Below, in pieces: positions 23,575 to 37,340 of a stretch of 64,000 nt of DNA. The position numbers and the translations under genes were made by a program. The notes under the pieces were generated by a model. The model ran no database searches. It was given only the letters and a program-made list of their open reading frames with translations, and was not told where the DNA came from. The DNA comes from Blasia pusilla. Lineage: Eukaryota. The stretch is taken from the NCBI GenBank assembly GCA_050084515.1, contig CM114271.1:14508001-14572000 (forward strand). Reading direction: 5' to 3'. Numbering within the stretch: position 1 is the first letter of the stretch; each line of letters opens with the position of its first letter.

Positions 23575-24774
23575 AAATAGACATTCAATACTCCACACAA
23601 ATAAATCCTCCCTCCCAAGGAGTTCTCTATTGTAAGATCTACTAGTACTAAGGGAAAATTTTACTTCGATCCCTTTGGCCTTCTTAGCTAATTTTTACAT
23701 TTAACACTCATCAAAAGTAGATTTTTTTCAAAAGACAAGTGTCACCACTGGAGGATGGTTTCTCTAACCCCATGTTAATAATATAGATTTCCACACTTCC
23801 CATATTTTCTTCCCCAACCAAGATTTCGGGAGTTCTTTCGTGTGGGCTACATGATTGGGAATTCCAAATCGGAAACAATAATCCCAACTCTTGAACCGTT
23901 TTTAGACATCATATACCCAGAAACTACACAAATTCAACCAGTTTTTGGTAGGAAACTTTACAACGAATAGGGCTAAATTTAGGCCAAAGATTTAAGTGCT
24001 AACTTTATTTGTAACCCGGATATCCCCAAACCCAACCAATCGGAAATTAGGAAGATTCCTAAATATACATAACTAGTAAGGTGCATGTGTGATGCATAGG
24101 AATAAAAAGTGTTTGAAAAATTTTGTAAATGTATAATTTGCGAAGGGAAGGGATTAATGATGCAACACACAAATTCAAATCGTTTTTTATCGCTGCTTGC
24201 ATAAGGAGATACAGTTTCTTGCTGCCTAGTTGCCACATGCCAAACAAAGAGGTGAGGTGTTTGCAAATCAAGAAGGCACTCTCCCACAATAATGTAGATG
24301 TCCCGTGCCATGCACGCCTAGGATAGTTTCCTCAATAGAATGGCTCATACACAAGTGTCGATGATATTTTTAAAAATTTTATTGAAATTTTATTAAGAGA
24401 CTTAATTTCAAATTTTAGGTGTAATTTCCACTCTTATAAATCTTAAAAGAGTAAGAAAATCATCTTTAGAGAATATCCATCTCCCCTAAATAATTACATT
24501 CCTCCCTAAAAGTTCCAACAAAAAATTATTCTTCCCCTTCCACTTTTCCTACCAAAATCACATTCACTAAAAAAAACTTCATTAATTTTATTTAATTAAA
24601 TGATTTTCCTTTTCCATTAAAATTTATTTTCCTTTCCCAAAATATCACATGTGAATTAATACGATTCATATAAAAATAATAACATAATAATTTTAAATTT
24701 TAAATTATTAAATATTATTTTCTGAAATCTTAGACGAATAAGAAAATTTCACTCTTTTAAGTAATTACAGTACT

Positions 24775-25650
24775 CCATTCAAATTTAAATAATTTCCCAA
24801 TCCTATAAATAACTTTAACCTTCCATAAAATTTGATCTATTCCTTATCCATTAAAATTTTCCCTTTCCATCACATGTGAAAGACACAAATTCTAAAAAAA
24901 TTTAATCCAAATTATTCCATTTTATTAATATTTATTATCCCCCATTATAATATTAAATAAATTATTAATCCTTAATAAAAATATTTTTCCATTTTATTCA
25001 AATCCTTATGATTTTTTGTACTTGGAATATTTCTACCCATCTAGTGTGATTTAAAAATAAAATTCAAACAGGTTCATTATTTGAATGCCCCCTCCCTACC
25101 CCTCAAGCCTCACTACCCCACCCCCCCTTCCCCCCCCCCTCTCTCTCACGTGTCATAAGGCTAAGACCTCAAAACGCCTACGTGTCATTACCCAAGGACG
25201 GGTTCTCAAACCCCGTCCTCTTTTAATAATATTGATTATAATATTACATTCAAATTTAAATGATATCCCAATCCTCTAAATAATTTTAATCTTCCATAAA
25301 ATTTCATCTTTTCCTTATCCATGAAAATTTTCCCTTTCCATCACATGTGAATTAAAACATAAATTCTACAATTTTTAATCCAAATTATTCTTTTTTATTA
25401 ATATTTATAATTACCCATTATAATATTAAAGAAAATTTTAATACTTAATATAATATTTTTCTATTTCATTAAAAGAAATTTACTTCAAATATTTCTATTC
25501 ATGTAATGTGATTTAAATAATAAAATTCAAACATGTTATTACTTGAATGGTCCTCCTATCCTAAACCCTCGTTACTTAATATCCCTCCTCTTTCACCTAA
25601 GAGACCTCAAAATGCATACGTGTTCTCGTACCCGTCCTATTTTAATAATA
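24775..25650. repeat. Diverged AT-rich tandem duplication, unit about 470 bp
   Basis: CATTCAAATTTAAAT...CCCGTCCT recurs from about 24775 and about 25247. Confidence 0.75.
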
Positions 25651-26139
25651 AAGATTAATACGAGGCATATATCTTAAACCGGATGATTAGAACTATCCTA
25701 ATGGACTTTAGGATTGGATTTTCCGTCGTTCTGATTGGTTTAGGTTTCGGTTGAATGGCTAAATCATGCGGAGGCGTTCGTACAGTTTAGAGGAGGTTTC
25801 CACATGCTGTAAGGTAGTCCATAAGTATTAGAAGGTTCGCACATGACTATCTGCAATGAGCGAAGGCCATAGTTTGTCCCGGAAACTCAATCAATGCGCG
25901 TAGGGTAGCGCCTACCTCGAGCTGCCCCGGGCCCATGTTTCAGGTTCGGGAGCCTCGGGATGGAGAGGTCGCGATGGAGGACAGGGAGTCGGACGTCCAG
26001 AGACGGACGGATTTAAACGGACGCCGTCCGGATCTAAACGGACGGCGCTAAACGGAGGGGACGGGAGGGTAGGGAGGACGGGGAGGGATGGACGTCAGTT
26101 CCCTCCCCGGCGTTAGGGCTCGAGCGGCTCGAATTCCTG

Positions 26140-26704
26140 GCAAGTCTCGAATTCTTGGAGGTTGATGTTGTTGCGGGAGGACGGGGAGGGATGGAGAACT
26201 GTTGTTGCAGGAGGACGTTAGTCTCGAATTCCTGACCGACAAACTTTTTGAGCGAAATCGCAAGTCTCAAATTCCTGGCCTGGCCTTGGAGGTTGCTGTT
26301 GTTGCGGGAGGACGGGGAGGGATGGAGAACTGTTGTTGCGGGAGGACGTTAGTCTCGAATTCATGACCGACAAACTTTTTGAGCGAAATCGCAAGTCTCG
26401 AATTCCTGGCCTGGCCTTGGAGGTTGATGTTGTTGCGGGAGGACGGGGAGGGATGGAGAACGTCCGGGGCAAGACGGCGTTAGTCTCGAATTCCTGACGG
26501 ACAGCATTTTTGAGCGAAATCGCAAGTCTCGAATTCCTGGCCCGGCCTTGGAGGTTGCTGTTGTTGCGGGAGGACGGGGAGGGATGGAGAACGTCCGGGG
26601 CAAGACGGCGTTAGTCTCGAATTCCTGACCGACTGCATTTTTGAGCGAAATCACAAGTCTCGAATTCCTGGCCCGGCCTTGGAGGTTGCTGTTGTTGCAG
26701 AGGA
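26140..26704. repeat. Subterminal tandem repeat, 131-bp period, about 4.3 copies
   Basis: TTGGAGGTTG recurs at 26155, 26286, 26417, 26548 and 26679. Confidence 0.92.
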
Positions 26705-28197
26705 TCACGCAGACTTTCTTTTCTGGGGTTTCCGCTACTTGGCAGGGGCGATACGTGTTTACTGGCATGTGGAGGGATTCGGGACGTACATGAAGCCAGG
26801 GATGCAGACGTTTTGCGAGGCTAAAGGCGCATGGTCTCTTAGCAGGGCCGAGTGAGACATCAGCAGACTGGAAGCTGGAAGCATTCAGATTTCTACGAGG
26901 AAACCGCAGTCGATGTGCGTTGATTGATAAAGCCAGGGGCCGGATGCGTCTTGCAATTTAACTGTTTTTTCTGAGCGGGCTTTCTAATCTCTTGCCGGCG
27001 GTGAAAGGCGAATAGCATAGGGCACATGCAGGTCGCAAAGCTGGTACGTCAACAATGCTCGTATGCAGCACTTCCAATGTTGAGTGTAGAAAATACCTCA
27101 ATTTTTCATCTGCTTTTCAGCAACACGTACTGTTCGTCCGGATGAGTTTCAGTACCTGTTTGACCGGGTTGATGAAGGTGCTATTCCCGTTTAGTGTCGT
27201 CATTCCTCGTTAATCCTCACGCCCGTCGATTTTTTGTAATTGCCACTAGATGCTTCCACTGATAGTTTTACTGAAAGTTCCATAGTCTAAGCTCCAGAGT
27301 TTCTTGCAAACTAATGGATACACGTTTAAAAAAAAGTAGGAGGTGGAAAGAGTGATTTTCAAAGGTTGCCATCGCTTTCAAGGTCAGTGTCGTGGTGGCA
27401 TCTAACCTTCCATACTGCTGTTTTGAATTTGGTAAATGGTAATTCAGATCGATGCAAAGACATAACCGTGGCTTTGGAAAGTTAGATTCGAATGGTTCAT
27501 GAAACTAGAGGAATTTTGGGTCGGAGCAGACATCGATTCTTTGACTCCTTTTTTTCTCCCTCGAGCAAAAGCAAAGCACCTTCCCTCACACCATTGTAAG
27601 CTTCTCTTCCATAGATACCGTGCTCGCGGTGTTCTCACTTTGCGTTTCGGTGAGAACAAGCTTCTCTGTCAAAAGGTTCACGGTTTCGCGATAAAAGCCA
27701 TGGAAGAGATCATGCTTTGGGATCGGGATTTCCTTTCCTATGGAAGGTTTCAGTATGACACACACTGAGACCACCTTGAAACTTGCTGAAAATTCTAAAG
27801 ATATCCCTTTCTAAACCAGTAATTGTTCCTAAAGCAATAACACACCTCTCTCAACGGTTCATCATCCTCGGAGATTCTGAAGCAACCATGTTTGCATCAT
27901 GCCCTCGAGTTGTGGATAAATTCACCTGGCAGCCTGCAAGACGAATCTCTTCGGCCATGGGCGCTTTCTAGGGTGTCCATACTGTCATGCTTGATTCCGG
28001 TGTCTTGGGGTTCTTGCTCTATTCAGGATCATGACCGCAAATCCGATCTGCTTAAACCGACTACGTGATTTGGGATAGCCAAACTGGCTGGTGGGTATTC
28101 ACATTGTCGCTGCCCTCTCTTGCCGCTGGATATTTTGGCCTTAGTCTGGTCATTGGGGTCTATGGGCATCTGAAAATTTATCGTAGTTTGGCAATAG

Positions 28198-28276
28198 TGA
28201 GTACGATAGGGGAGTCAACACCTTTTCACGAGAAGGACGACTGTTTCAAGTGAAGTATGCTATCGAAGCTATTAAG
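28198..28276 (+). pseudogene. Captured exon of 20S proteasome alpha-5 subunit (PAE-like)
   Basis: [26 protein letters not shown] followed by a GT donor; matches the alpha-5 N-terminal signature. Confidence 0.85.
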
Positions 28277-30139
28277 GTACACGTAAAATCTGTCAAGAAG
28301 CTCCGTGAGATTGTCAGACTGTTACTTTGGTCATTTTTTGGACTTGTTGTTGGACATCTCTCCACTCCTAAGTTTGGTTCCAAGAGGGTGAGTCTATTAA
28401 TATGTATCCAAAATTCTCAAATTGTATCCCAGATTCTACTTGAAGCTAGACTTTCTGATGCTTGCATCCCTATAGCCCGTTTATCTCGAACTTATTTTTT
28501 CATCATCAAAATGGGACTGTTGGGGCTTACGCAGTTCTTCTATGAATAGGGTTTAATTTTCTTTGACATCAATTTGTGCATCAATCGTTACTCATGATAA
28601 TGTTTGTGCTCCTTTGTGAATTCTGGAAACAAGCTGCTAGCAATTCGGACCATCTTGGACAAGGATTAATCAAACAAGGGTTCTCATAAGCTTCTTGAAT
28701 TGTGCTTGTTTTTGGTATTGTGTAGGTTTGAAGATCATTAGTAACACCGAAGTCCGCCATCGATTCGTTTTTTTGAGGCAGTAGGGGAGGTAGGTTTAAA
28801 GCCACCAAGGATCAACATATTAGGGCCATGTCGGGTCAGCCGAAGTTTTTACATGCCAAGGGGTTGCGGTTGTTGGGAATTCCGGTTAACAAACCTGAAA
28901 ACGTGATCGGTCTTTGTCAAGGAACTAGTGCAATCTTGAGACATGGGTCAGACCCATCAATACATAGTGATTCTAGTTCAGATTTTTTTCTACCGATATT
29001 GTGTGCAAGCGCTTGCATCCTCACTCAGTTGTATTTGGATGAGTGGATCGTCTTAGGTTTCCGTTGGAAACTTATAAGTGTCTAGAACAGCACCGATACA
29101 TGTTGGATTTAATGTTGCATTCTCACCCAAGGCCCGGTTTGTGGGGGACCATGTATGGTTAGACTCTTACTTCCAGACTGAATTTCTAGTGGTGGAAAAC
29201 CAGGGAGGTAAGATGAATGATGTCTGAATTAAGGACATAAAACATTTCATGGGGGTATCCAAACAGAACATGCTTGCCAAGATTGTTTGTACAATCCGGT
29301 TAAAGAGGAGAGTGTCCATCTCTGAGGAGAAGGACCCTGTTCCTTGGGTTATCGGAGTTACTCCTAAAAATATCTACCTTTTCAACCAGACTGATGTGGA
29401 TGACAAAGCACCGATTGGGAATGAGCACATTTCAGATTTGTCCGAAGTACTAAGTTCCATGACCCTTCTGAAGTTATCCCGGGGTATTCCTCGGAACCTT
29501 GTTTCCTTCTGGAATTGTTTGTTTTACGTTTAGCGTGATTACATTTGCGGTATTTACATTGTACACCTGAATTCCTCATGCATGTATGTTGTTCTCCATT
29601 GGCAAGGCTAACAAATTCGAGTCTTTGTCATCTTGTGTTTGGCAGGTAGTTGGGGCTCCTCAAGACCTTGACCACGTGGGCCATGTTAGGTTTAGGGTAG
29701 AAGTAGGTTTTCTTATTTTTGTTGCGTTCACACATTTACATATTTCGGATTGCTGGGATGTTCATCTGATTTCTTAGTGTATATCAGTATGAAGTAGACA
29801 TTCTCATCAACTTCTCAGATATAGATGACCCGGTGACAACCAGGAAATCTTGCGTTTGGCTAAAGTATTATAGCCAAAACCAGAATTTTCATGGGATGGA
29901 ATTTGAGGATATGTATCCTACAAATTTCGGTAGGAGCTTCGGGGTATGGATGCGAGAGGAATTATGTATCTACATTCTAGATACAGAATTCTAGCTTACA
30001 TTTTTGCTTTCATTTTTAGAAGTAAGTTTTTAAATTCCAGCTTTGCATTCCACTTTAAATTCTAGCTATGCTTGTATCTGTTGGTGTGTTTACATGTGAG
30101 TGAGAACTCGTTGTGGAAACACTCCAGGTTGAAGCCCAA

Positions 30140-32340
30140 CCAGCAAACATGTTTGCTGCATTTAGGGGCAAGAGTGTAGGTCCTCCAGAGAAACCAGCCG
30201 CACAAACCTCTCTTTGGCGGGACCCGGTCGAGTGGGTTCATTATTGCTACTCAAAGGAGCATAAGCAATTCGTGTGCCTGTGCTCCAAGTGCATCGAGTA
30301 CTTTCGTGGGCCAGAAACTTTTAACTCGCACATTGCATCACATTGGTTGAGGCCGGTGCCTGGAACACCAAGGGCGAGTGGTAAGAAGAAGGTGGAAGCA
30401 TACTACGACCGAGACGACGTGGAGGATGAAGATGATGGTAAGGGTGTAGGACTTCTTCTTCTTCATACGCAGATTAGGAGATGGTAGCAATGTTTGGTGT
30501 ATGTGCTCTATGATCCTCAAGACTTCATTCATTTATGTTCCAAAATTGTGCAGGAACCAGGCTACCCCATCATCAACTTCCAACTGCGTGGCATGAGGCA
30601 CGTGCGCAAAGAACGCTGGTCTCATCAGAAAAAGTAAGAAGAAGGCTGCTCTGTTCAAGAAAGCGAAGGAGCATTGAAAAGGCAGCGGGCCCGTTTGTAC
30701 CTATGCCCATTTTGCAGATCTTTTGATTGCTTTTGAGGGCTACTGGGACGGAAGAACACGGTCATATCTCATGGGCAGGTTTAGCTAGGATACACGAGTA
30801 TGAGAAGGTCCGAGAGGAGCTAGAGGGTGCCCTTGTGTGCCCTACCACCTTTGTCGAGGGGATGGATTGAGTCGGGCCGCCGGCTTCTCCCTACTACTAT
30901 CCCCTGTAGGATAGAGGTCAGCGTTCCACCCTTTGGAGATGCATGGCCGCTTTCCATCATCTAGCCGCAGTGTGGATCATGATGACAGGAACCGTATCGA
31001 TGGGATCTTTGGAGCCGAAACCAGGAAGCATCAGGTTGAACATTCCCTTCATGTTCTAGATGAAATCGCCGAGCACAAAGGCATGCATGGTACATCGGTG
31101 AGGAGTACTACCTCCCACGCTTCAAGTTTAACTACAAGATCTGGAAAGAGAAGAGTAAACCTAGCATTCTTGCCAAGTTCAGGGGACAAAGTCTCTCGCA
31201 TGTATGTGGATGGGGTCGGCTGCTCCCTTGCTGATGCGGTTGTCGGGTATAGTGCTCGCTTCATTTCATGCAAATTTCTCAGTATGAATTGTCGAAGAGT
31301 TGTGAGTTCATGATTTCCCATTGTATCACTTGTAATTCCGCATTGTCTCTAACAACTTGTAGATGTGCGGGGTGGCTGGATGTGGAAATCATAGATTCAG
31401 TGACTCGACTCGGATGGTACACATCTCCCAAGTCCCCAACCCACCACGCATAATACCGGGCGCCATGTGATACACGAGGAGCAGGCGCCAAGCGAGGGTG
31501 GTGAGGAGGGTATTGCGGGAGATCATGTCGAGCAGAGTGAGGAGGACACTGTTTTGATTCAGATGCGGAGGAGACCAGCGACGCCGGACACGTAACGTCG
31601 CGTGGTGAGAAGGTGGAGAAGCGAGGTAAAGTGCGGTAGGATCTCGGAAATCCCGTCGGCTGAACCCGGAAGTTGACATGGAAGTGGGTGAATCTAGCCC
31701 GGCCATGGATAGTCATGGGCCAGGTGATGATGAAGGCCCAATTGAAGACTCGCATACCCCCGATGAAGTGGTCTTGCAGGCGGATCCACAAATCATGGAA
31801 AGAGCACCCAAGGGCATGACTAAAGAAGAAAAAGCCCGAAACAAGAGGATGATGATGGCTTCACAACAGGTGTCTTGCATTTCGCTCATTTCATCGATGA
31901 CATTATTTTATTGTATGTCTTGGACCATCTCCGATAATTGTGCTTGTGTTGATATGTTGTAATGTGTTCAGAACCCTGCAGATGGGACTCTGAAGGACCG
32001 GGGCACAAGCCATGAAGACCCTTTGGTCTTACCTTCGCAGGACGGTATTGAAGGGGTTAGTGCTCACGAATTTCAGGCCACACCTTTACCCGAGTTCTGC
32101 ACTCCAGCATTGCGGCCTCTAGATGGGATGTCTTCAAGTCCTTGACCACCACGGGTGATCACATTTTGGTGAGTGTGTTCCTCGGATCATGCGATTTTAC
32201 TATTTTGATTATCCTTTCATCTGGTGATTGGCATTTAATCTCTCCGACCTGTGTGTGAACTTTCATTGCAGAGGTTGCTGTCATACTTTTTGATGTGTTT
32301 CCTTGGAGATTATGACGACATACCTTTGGACCACTTGCAG
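30140..32340 (+). pseudogene. Probable spliced accessory gene of the MULE, with a Cys/His finger, convergent with the transposase
   Basis: CLCSKC...FNSHIASH, acidic low-complexity exons, plausible GT-AG introns, in-frame stops. Product not recognised. Confidence 0.35.
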
Positions 32341-32557
32341 GTAATGTGTCGCTTCTCTCTTTGGTCTTACTTTCCCTTGTGTCAATTCTTTACAAATGTG
32401 TTGTGTATATGACGGTTACTACTATCTGAACATGCTTCTGTAGCGTATGTGTGTGCATGTGACTTTCTGCAGAAATTTTCAAGCATTTTGGTGGGAGTTC
32501 ATATCATCATATTTTGCGGATGTTTAGGACTTAGTTCATGATCAGGGCGATTCCTTA

Positions 32558-32797
32558 GAGTAAGTATAGGATAGTACCTACCTGGCACGTAGGCTCTGAA
32601 GTTCTGTCTTTCTGCTTTGGACAAACCAGAAACGGGCAGATTTATGTTCTTAATGTATGGCCTTATGGTTCATGAATCTGAGTAAGTATAGGAGAGTACC
32701 TACCTGGCACGTAGGCTCTGAAGTTCTGTCTTTCTGCGATTCCGGGACAAACCAGAAACGGGCAGATTTCTGTTCTTAATGTATGGCCTTATGGTTC
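32558..32797. repeat. Tandem duplication of about 120 bp
   Basis: GAGTAAGTATAGGA...GGCCTTATGGTTC occurs twice. Confidence 0.9.
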
Positions 32798-33700
32798 TTC
32801 TATTTTGTGCAGGTGCAATGCAGGCCGTTTGGTGTATCGCTTCTGGGGCACATTTTCCCTTACCATTTTCTGTGTTATGAAGGTCTATCCAAGAAGGTTA
32901 GGTTACCTTAGTTGGGCTATAGGTCATGGTCTGCTGAACTATTGTGGATGAAATGGTATGGACCAAAAGGATACCATTGTCAATCAAATTAATCATACAA
33001 CTTGCAGAGCTATTCTTGATCTTTGTCCCTAAGTTTGTACTCTTGAATGATACCTTAACAAATTCCTCCTTACCTTATTCCGATGTGTCTTACATGTTAT
33101 GAATGATCACATGTGCCTCCACCTGTAATTGGTGGTAAACTTTGTAATCCTGTGAGGATCAATGTTTTGTCCCACGCTTGTCGATTCCTGAATTTCCAAG
33201 AAAGTAAAGCACTCATGTGTAATCACCTCATGAATAGATAGAGTCCATGACACCCTATTCAAAAATAAAAGACAAATGGTCGAAACACTCAGAGCAAATA
33301 CAAGTTTAGTGATCAGAAATGCAGTGACACGAAAAATGTATGAACAGCGAAATGTAGGTGTTCATTCATGAACACCTCAAAGGCTGTGTTTCAAGGGCAT
33401 TTGCTTCATACATCGGACAATCAATTCTAGCCTTCTTGTTGCGTATCCCCCAGTCGTCAATCCATTGTGACAATCTCGGTTAGATACGATTTTAATCAAG
33501 CCCTAATTAGGGGAAGGTCACCTCACACCGCTAAATGTTTACGAAGAGGCACGACCCTCAGGGGTAGGGTTCGTGGGCCTTCTGAGGTGTTTTTTTTTAG
33601 TTACGACTATAGAAGTAGTCAGAACTATATTACAGAAGTTCTCTAAAATTGACACAAGCGCGTGGCGGTGCGGACATGCCCCTAAAGTATGCCGCACGGT

Positions 33701-33832
33701 GTTGCGGACGTGGTTCGGGTTCAAACATACCTCGTTGCGGACGTGGTTCGGGTTCAAACATACCTCATTGCGGACGTGGTTCGGGTTCATACATACCTCG
33801 TTGCGGACGTGGTTCGGGTTCAAACATACCTC
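33701..33832. repeat. 33-bp minisatellite, 4 copies
   Basis: GTTGCGGACGTGGTTCGGGTTCAAACATACCTC x4, near-perfect. Confidence 0.95.
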
Positions 33833-34580
33833 GTACGTTTACTACATCCATAGAAAACCGACTGTGGTAACCATAGTTTGGATGCTTGAATATTAATTGA
33901 ATTGGGTTCGAACTATTACTATACAAAACCGTGAAGACAGGTTACTATGGTTCACAATATGGCCTACATGATGGTTACTATCGTTTGGATGCTTGCGTAA
34001 AAACTAAACATGATTGCTCGCCGTACATGAAAATGGGACATGGTGGACATGAACATGAGAAGGGAACACATTTCTCGTGCGTAAACATCCGGTACATAAA
34101 AAATACATTTTTTTTGTTGAACACCACATTTCTTGTGTTCTGTGCTAATATGTGAAATTCGGAAATGCTTCATGAATCATGAATGGGAATCTGTACTACA
34201 TACAAATTATCGGGTCTTCTTGAGTACTCATCGGATTGACTATCCTCTCGCAACATATCGCTCTTCATCCAATGACTATCAAGTATGACATCTGCAGTGG
34301 TTCTCTTTGTAGTAGTGCTGATTTTGTAGTTCTTATGTGGCCTTGTATCAACCAGAGGCCATTCTCGATCGTTGAGTATTCTCCTTAGTTGCCTCGCTTT
34401 CATATTGGCTCACGATAGCCCAAATCAAGATGATTACATGCATCCGCTTCCAATTCCGCCTCCATGTTCGATATTTTGATCGTTTCACTCGGGAAAGGAC
34501 TCCACCTGATTCATTGTTGCTTGGGGTTGATTCTTCCATGTGGAACGTGTGGAATGTGAATTCCTTCTCGATGCATCCGC

Positions 34581-37340
34581 TCAAACCAACCCATCCGCCG
34601 ACGCAATGACGCGATCTTGAGAATTGCCTCCAACAAAGGGTTCAGGGAAGTGTTGTCCAATGTTCATTACATTTTTTGGAAGTTCTGTGTTCGTCTCTAT
34701 CCGCGCCTTCAGGTTCAGAAGTGAGTCCATATCCTTCTGCAAAAGTACATACAAATGTTCAAGAAGAACACTGCAGAATGGGACTCCAATGGTTGTGGCC
34801 AAGCATTTTTCCACCATCTCTCGAACATCTTCTTGAGTTGTTGCTTGTGATACAACTGTAGGAGTAGTAGCTTGCACCTCTTCTGGATAACCAACACCGT
34901 AAGACAAGTCTGATTCCACTGGTGTGTCTCCATGTTGCTCCTGTGCATGCCTTTGCACCATGTTTTCCAACCCACCAGCTTTGCTACCAAAACGTGTGCC
35001 AAGGAAAGACAACAACTCTACTTCAGAGTGCCCACTCAACAATAAGCACTTCACCTGATACAATTAAAAAAGTCTCAGTAGGCTGCATGTAAAATCCTCG
35101 TACATCTAGTGCAGGAATAAGACATACTTAATACATAGGACTGTTTGATTTCAGGTGGGACTATAGCTTGGTCACCAAATCTGGGGTGCAAGAAACACAC
35201 CTGATGTTTGCACGTGAATCCTTCATTGGCACGAGAGCATGTACAAGCAACATCTTTCTTGTCGTAGTCAACCACATCATGCCAATAGTCGGGCTTGGAG
35301 CAACTCTTCACCATTGCGCATTTCCTCCCATCTACCAATTGAAATGTGACATGGCTCTCTGGGATATCATTTGCCCTTCTAATAGCCATGAGAATGACTT
35401 TATGGATTGCCTTGTTCCTCACCATACCCTCTCGTTTCAAAAATCCCAAGTACCAAAAGAAATCTTCTATTTCCCTGCATAAGATCTGCACAAGCCATAT
35501 GAGCTTCTGGTGGGTTTTGTAGGCATGCTAGAAGTGAGATGCATCTTGAGTGTGGTGTCACCTTTCTATCGCGGCATTTGTATCTTGGTTGGATCTTGCA
35601 TGCTTACGATAGCCCTTTGCCCAAGTAACAATCTTAGGATGCCAATAGTTTAAATAGTATTTCACAAAGTGACGTTCGATTCTGACCCACTTGCGCATGA
35701 AACGATACGAGACATCCATAGGATCTGGGACAGGCAACCATTGCTTAATTAATATGAACCCTACTCCCACAACGGACATAGCTGAGAAACAATGAAACGA
35801 ACTACTATTATTGACTCACATAGAACATACCTTCTTCACGTGAGTACATGATACCACCCAAGTCCCCTGTTCATGTATGCGCTTTTGTAATTGGACAACG
35901 GACTCGTTGGTGCAATTGCTTTAACCAATTCTTCCTGACATGCCATAGACACAGGTCTATGGGAACATCAGGGAAGACTTCTCTGATTGCAGATTGTTCC
36001 TCTTTGGAGTCGTCAACTATGAAGCATGACGGTTTCCAACCGGGGCTACCAACCGACGCATAAAATCTCTTGTCATATATGTATCGCCCAATCCTTGATA
36101 TGGGCCAATGCATCCACTAGATCCCGATGTTGATGCCCTTGTAAAATGGCCCATACTAGAGGTAATCCGTTCTGAAACTTGTCAAAACCCAACAACGTGA
36201 ATAGCTATAACTGTGAACATAGAAAAGAGTGTGTTCAGGAATCCGATTGTTCATGTACATATCTATTAAAGTGAACACAACGTTCCAAATGTTACCATTT
36301 CTCTCGGATCATCATGCAATTTTCAAATGATAGCACGTAGTAATATAGCCTATAAACTCCTATAAGAGAATGACATTCTGATTCGAGAATGTTTGAAATT
36401 ACCTCATATGTGTTTGTGCCATGAGTGGCATCCATGGAGATGGCTCCACCGTTACCAAGATGCAAAAGATTCTGAAGCATCCAAGGTGTAGAAATGACCA
36501 GGATGAAAGGTTGGCCTAAACTTGAAATGGCCTCCCTGTAGTGTATGACATTTTCAGGATGAGCTGCAACCCAATGTTGGATTGCAAAGATGGCGTCATC
36601 GGTTCCATCATACCCCACTGCGCGTCTTCGCATTGAATGCTTGATATTAAGGATGTCTTGTGGTTTTAACATAGCGTCCTTGCCCCAAGCTTGTGCCTGA
36701 TTAGGATTATCGAGAATGTGTTCACGAATCCATCTCCTATGCTCCTTCATGATATTTAAGGGGCTCACGTTCACTCGCAATAACGTTCAACAAAATCCCT
36801 ACAATGAGAACTCAACTGGGCAACAATAGCATTCGCAATGTCCATGATCTGTCTAAGTCCCCATGGCATATACATCTGCCCGCCTTTATCGACATGCTTG
36901 GAATGCATATGCCTCAACATAGAACACCAGGCGGTCCTTTGAGGTTACAACGGCAAAGTGAAATTGGCATCCACGCCCCCGAGACGGCCCAAGCCGTGTA
37001 CTTTGGCTTTCGGCCTACTACCCTTACCTCCCTTGCAAACAAGCAGTTTGAATCAAAAACCTCACTTGGCATAGAGGTCCAGACGGTATTCCTATGATCC
37101 TGGGGTCCATATGAACACCAGTATCGAACTGTAACATGTATGTTCCCTGATTTGTCGGTATTCCTTTTCCTAAATGTGGTCTGGAAATGTGGTCTTTGTT
37201 CTTCACCATGAATGAAGTCTTCAACCCTATCTGAGGGAATCCATGCCTCTTTTCTATTGCCATACCAAATCAAATGCTCGCTCAAAAAGGACCAGGAGAG
37301 GGTTTTGGATGACATCGCATTCAAATGCAGCTGAATATTT
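34581..37340 (-). pseudogene. Intron-containing MULE transposase with SWIM zinc finger
   Basis: SMDATHGTN (D1), FIVDDS...DLCLWHV (D2, CxxH), QDTNAAIER (E) followed by a stop, SWIM CTC...TCKH. N-terminal WIPSDRVEDFIHGEE...YWCSYGPQD. Confidence 0.88.

Noticed and set aside
26034-26768. Repetitive ORFs on the minus strand
   Set aside because: Artefacts of the 131-bp tandem repeat.
33701-33832. CRISPR-like array
   Set aside because: Units are contiguous with no unique spacers; eukaryotic context.
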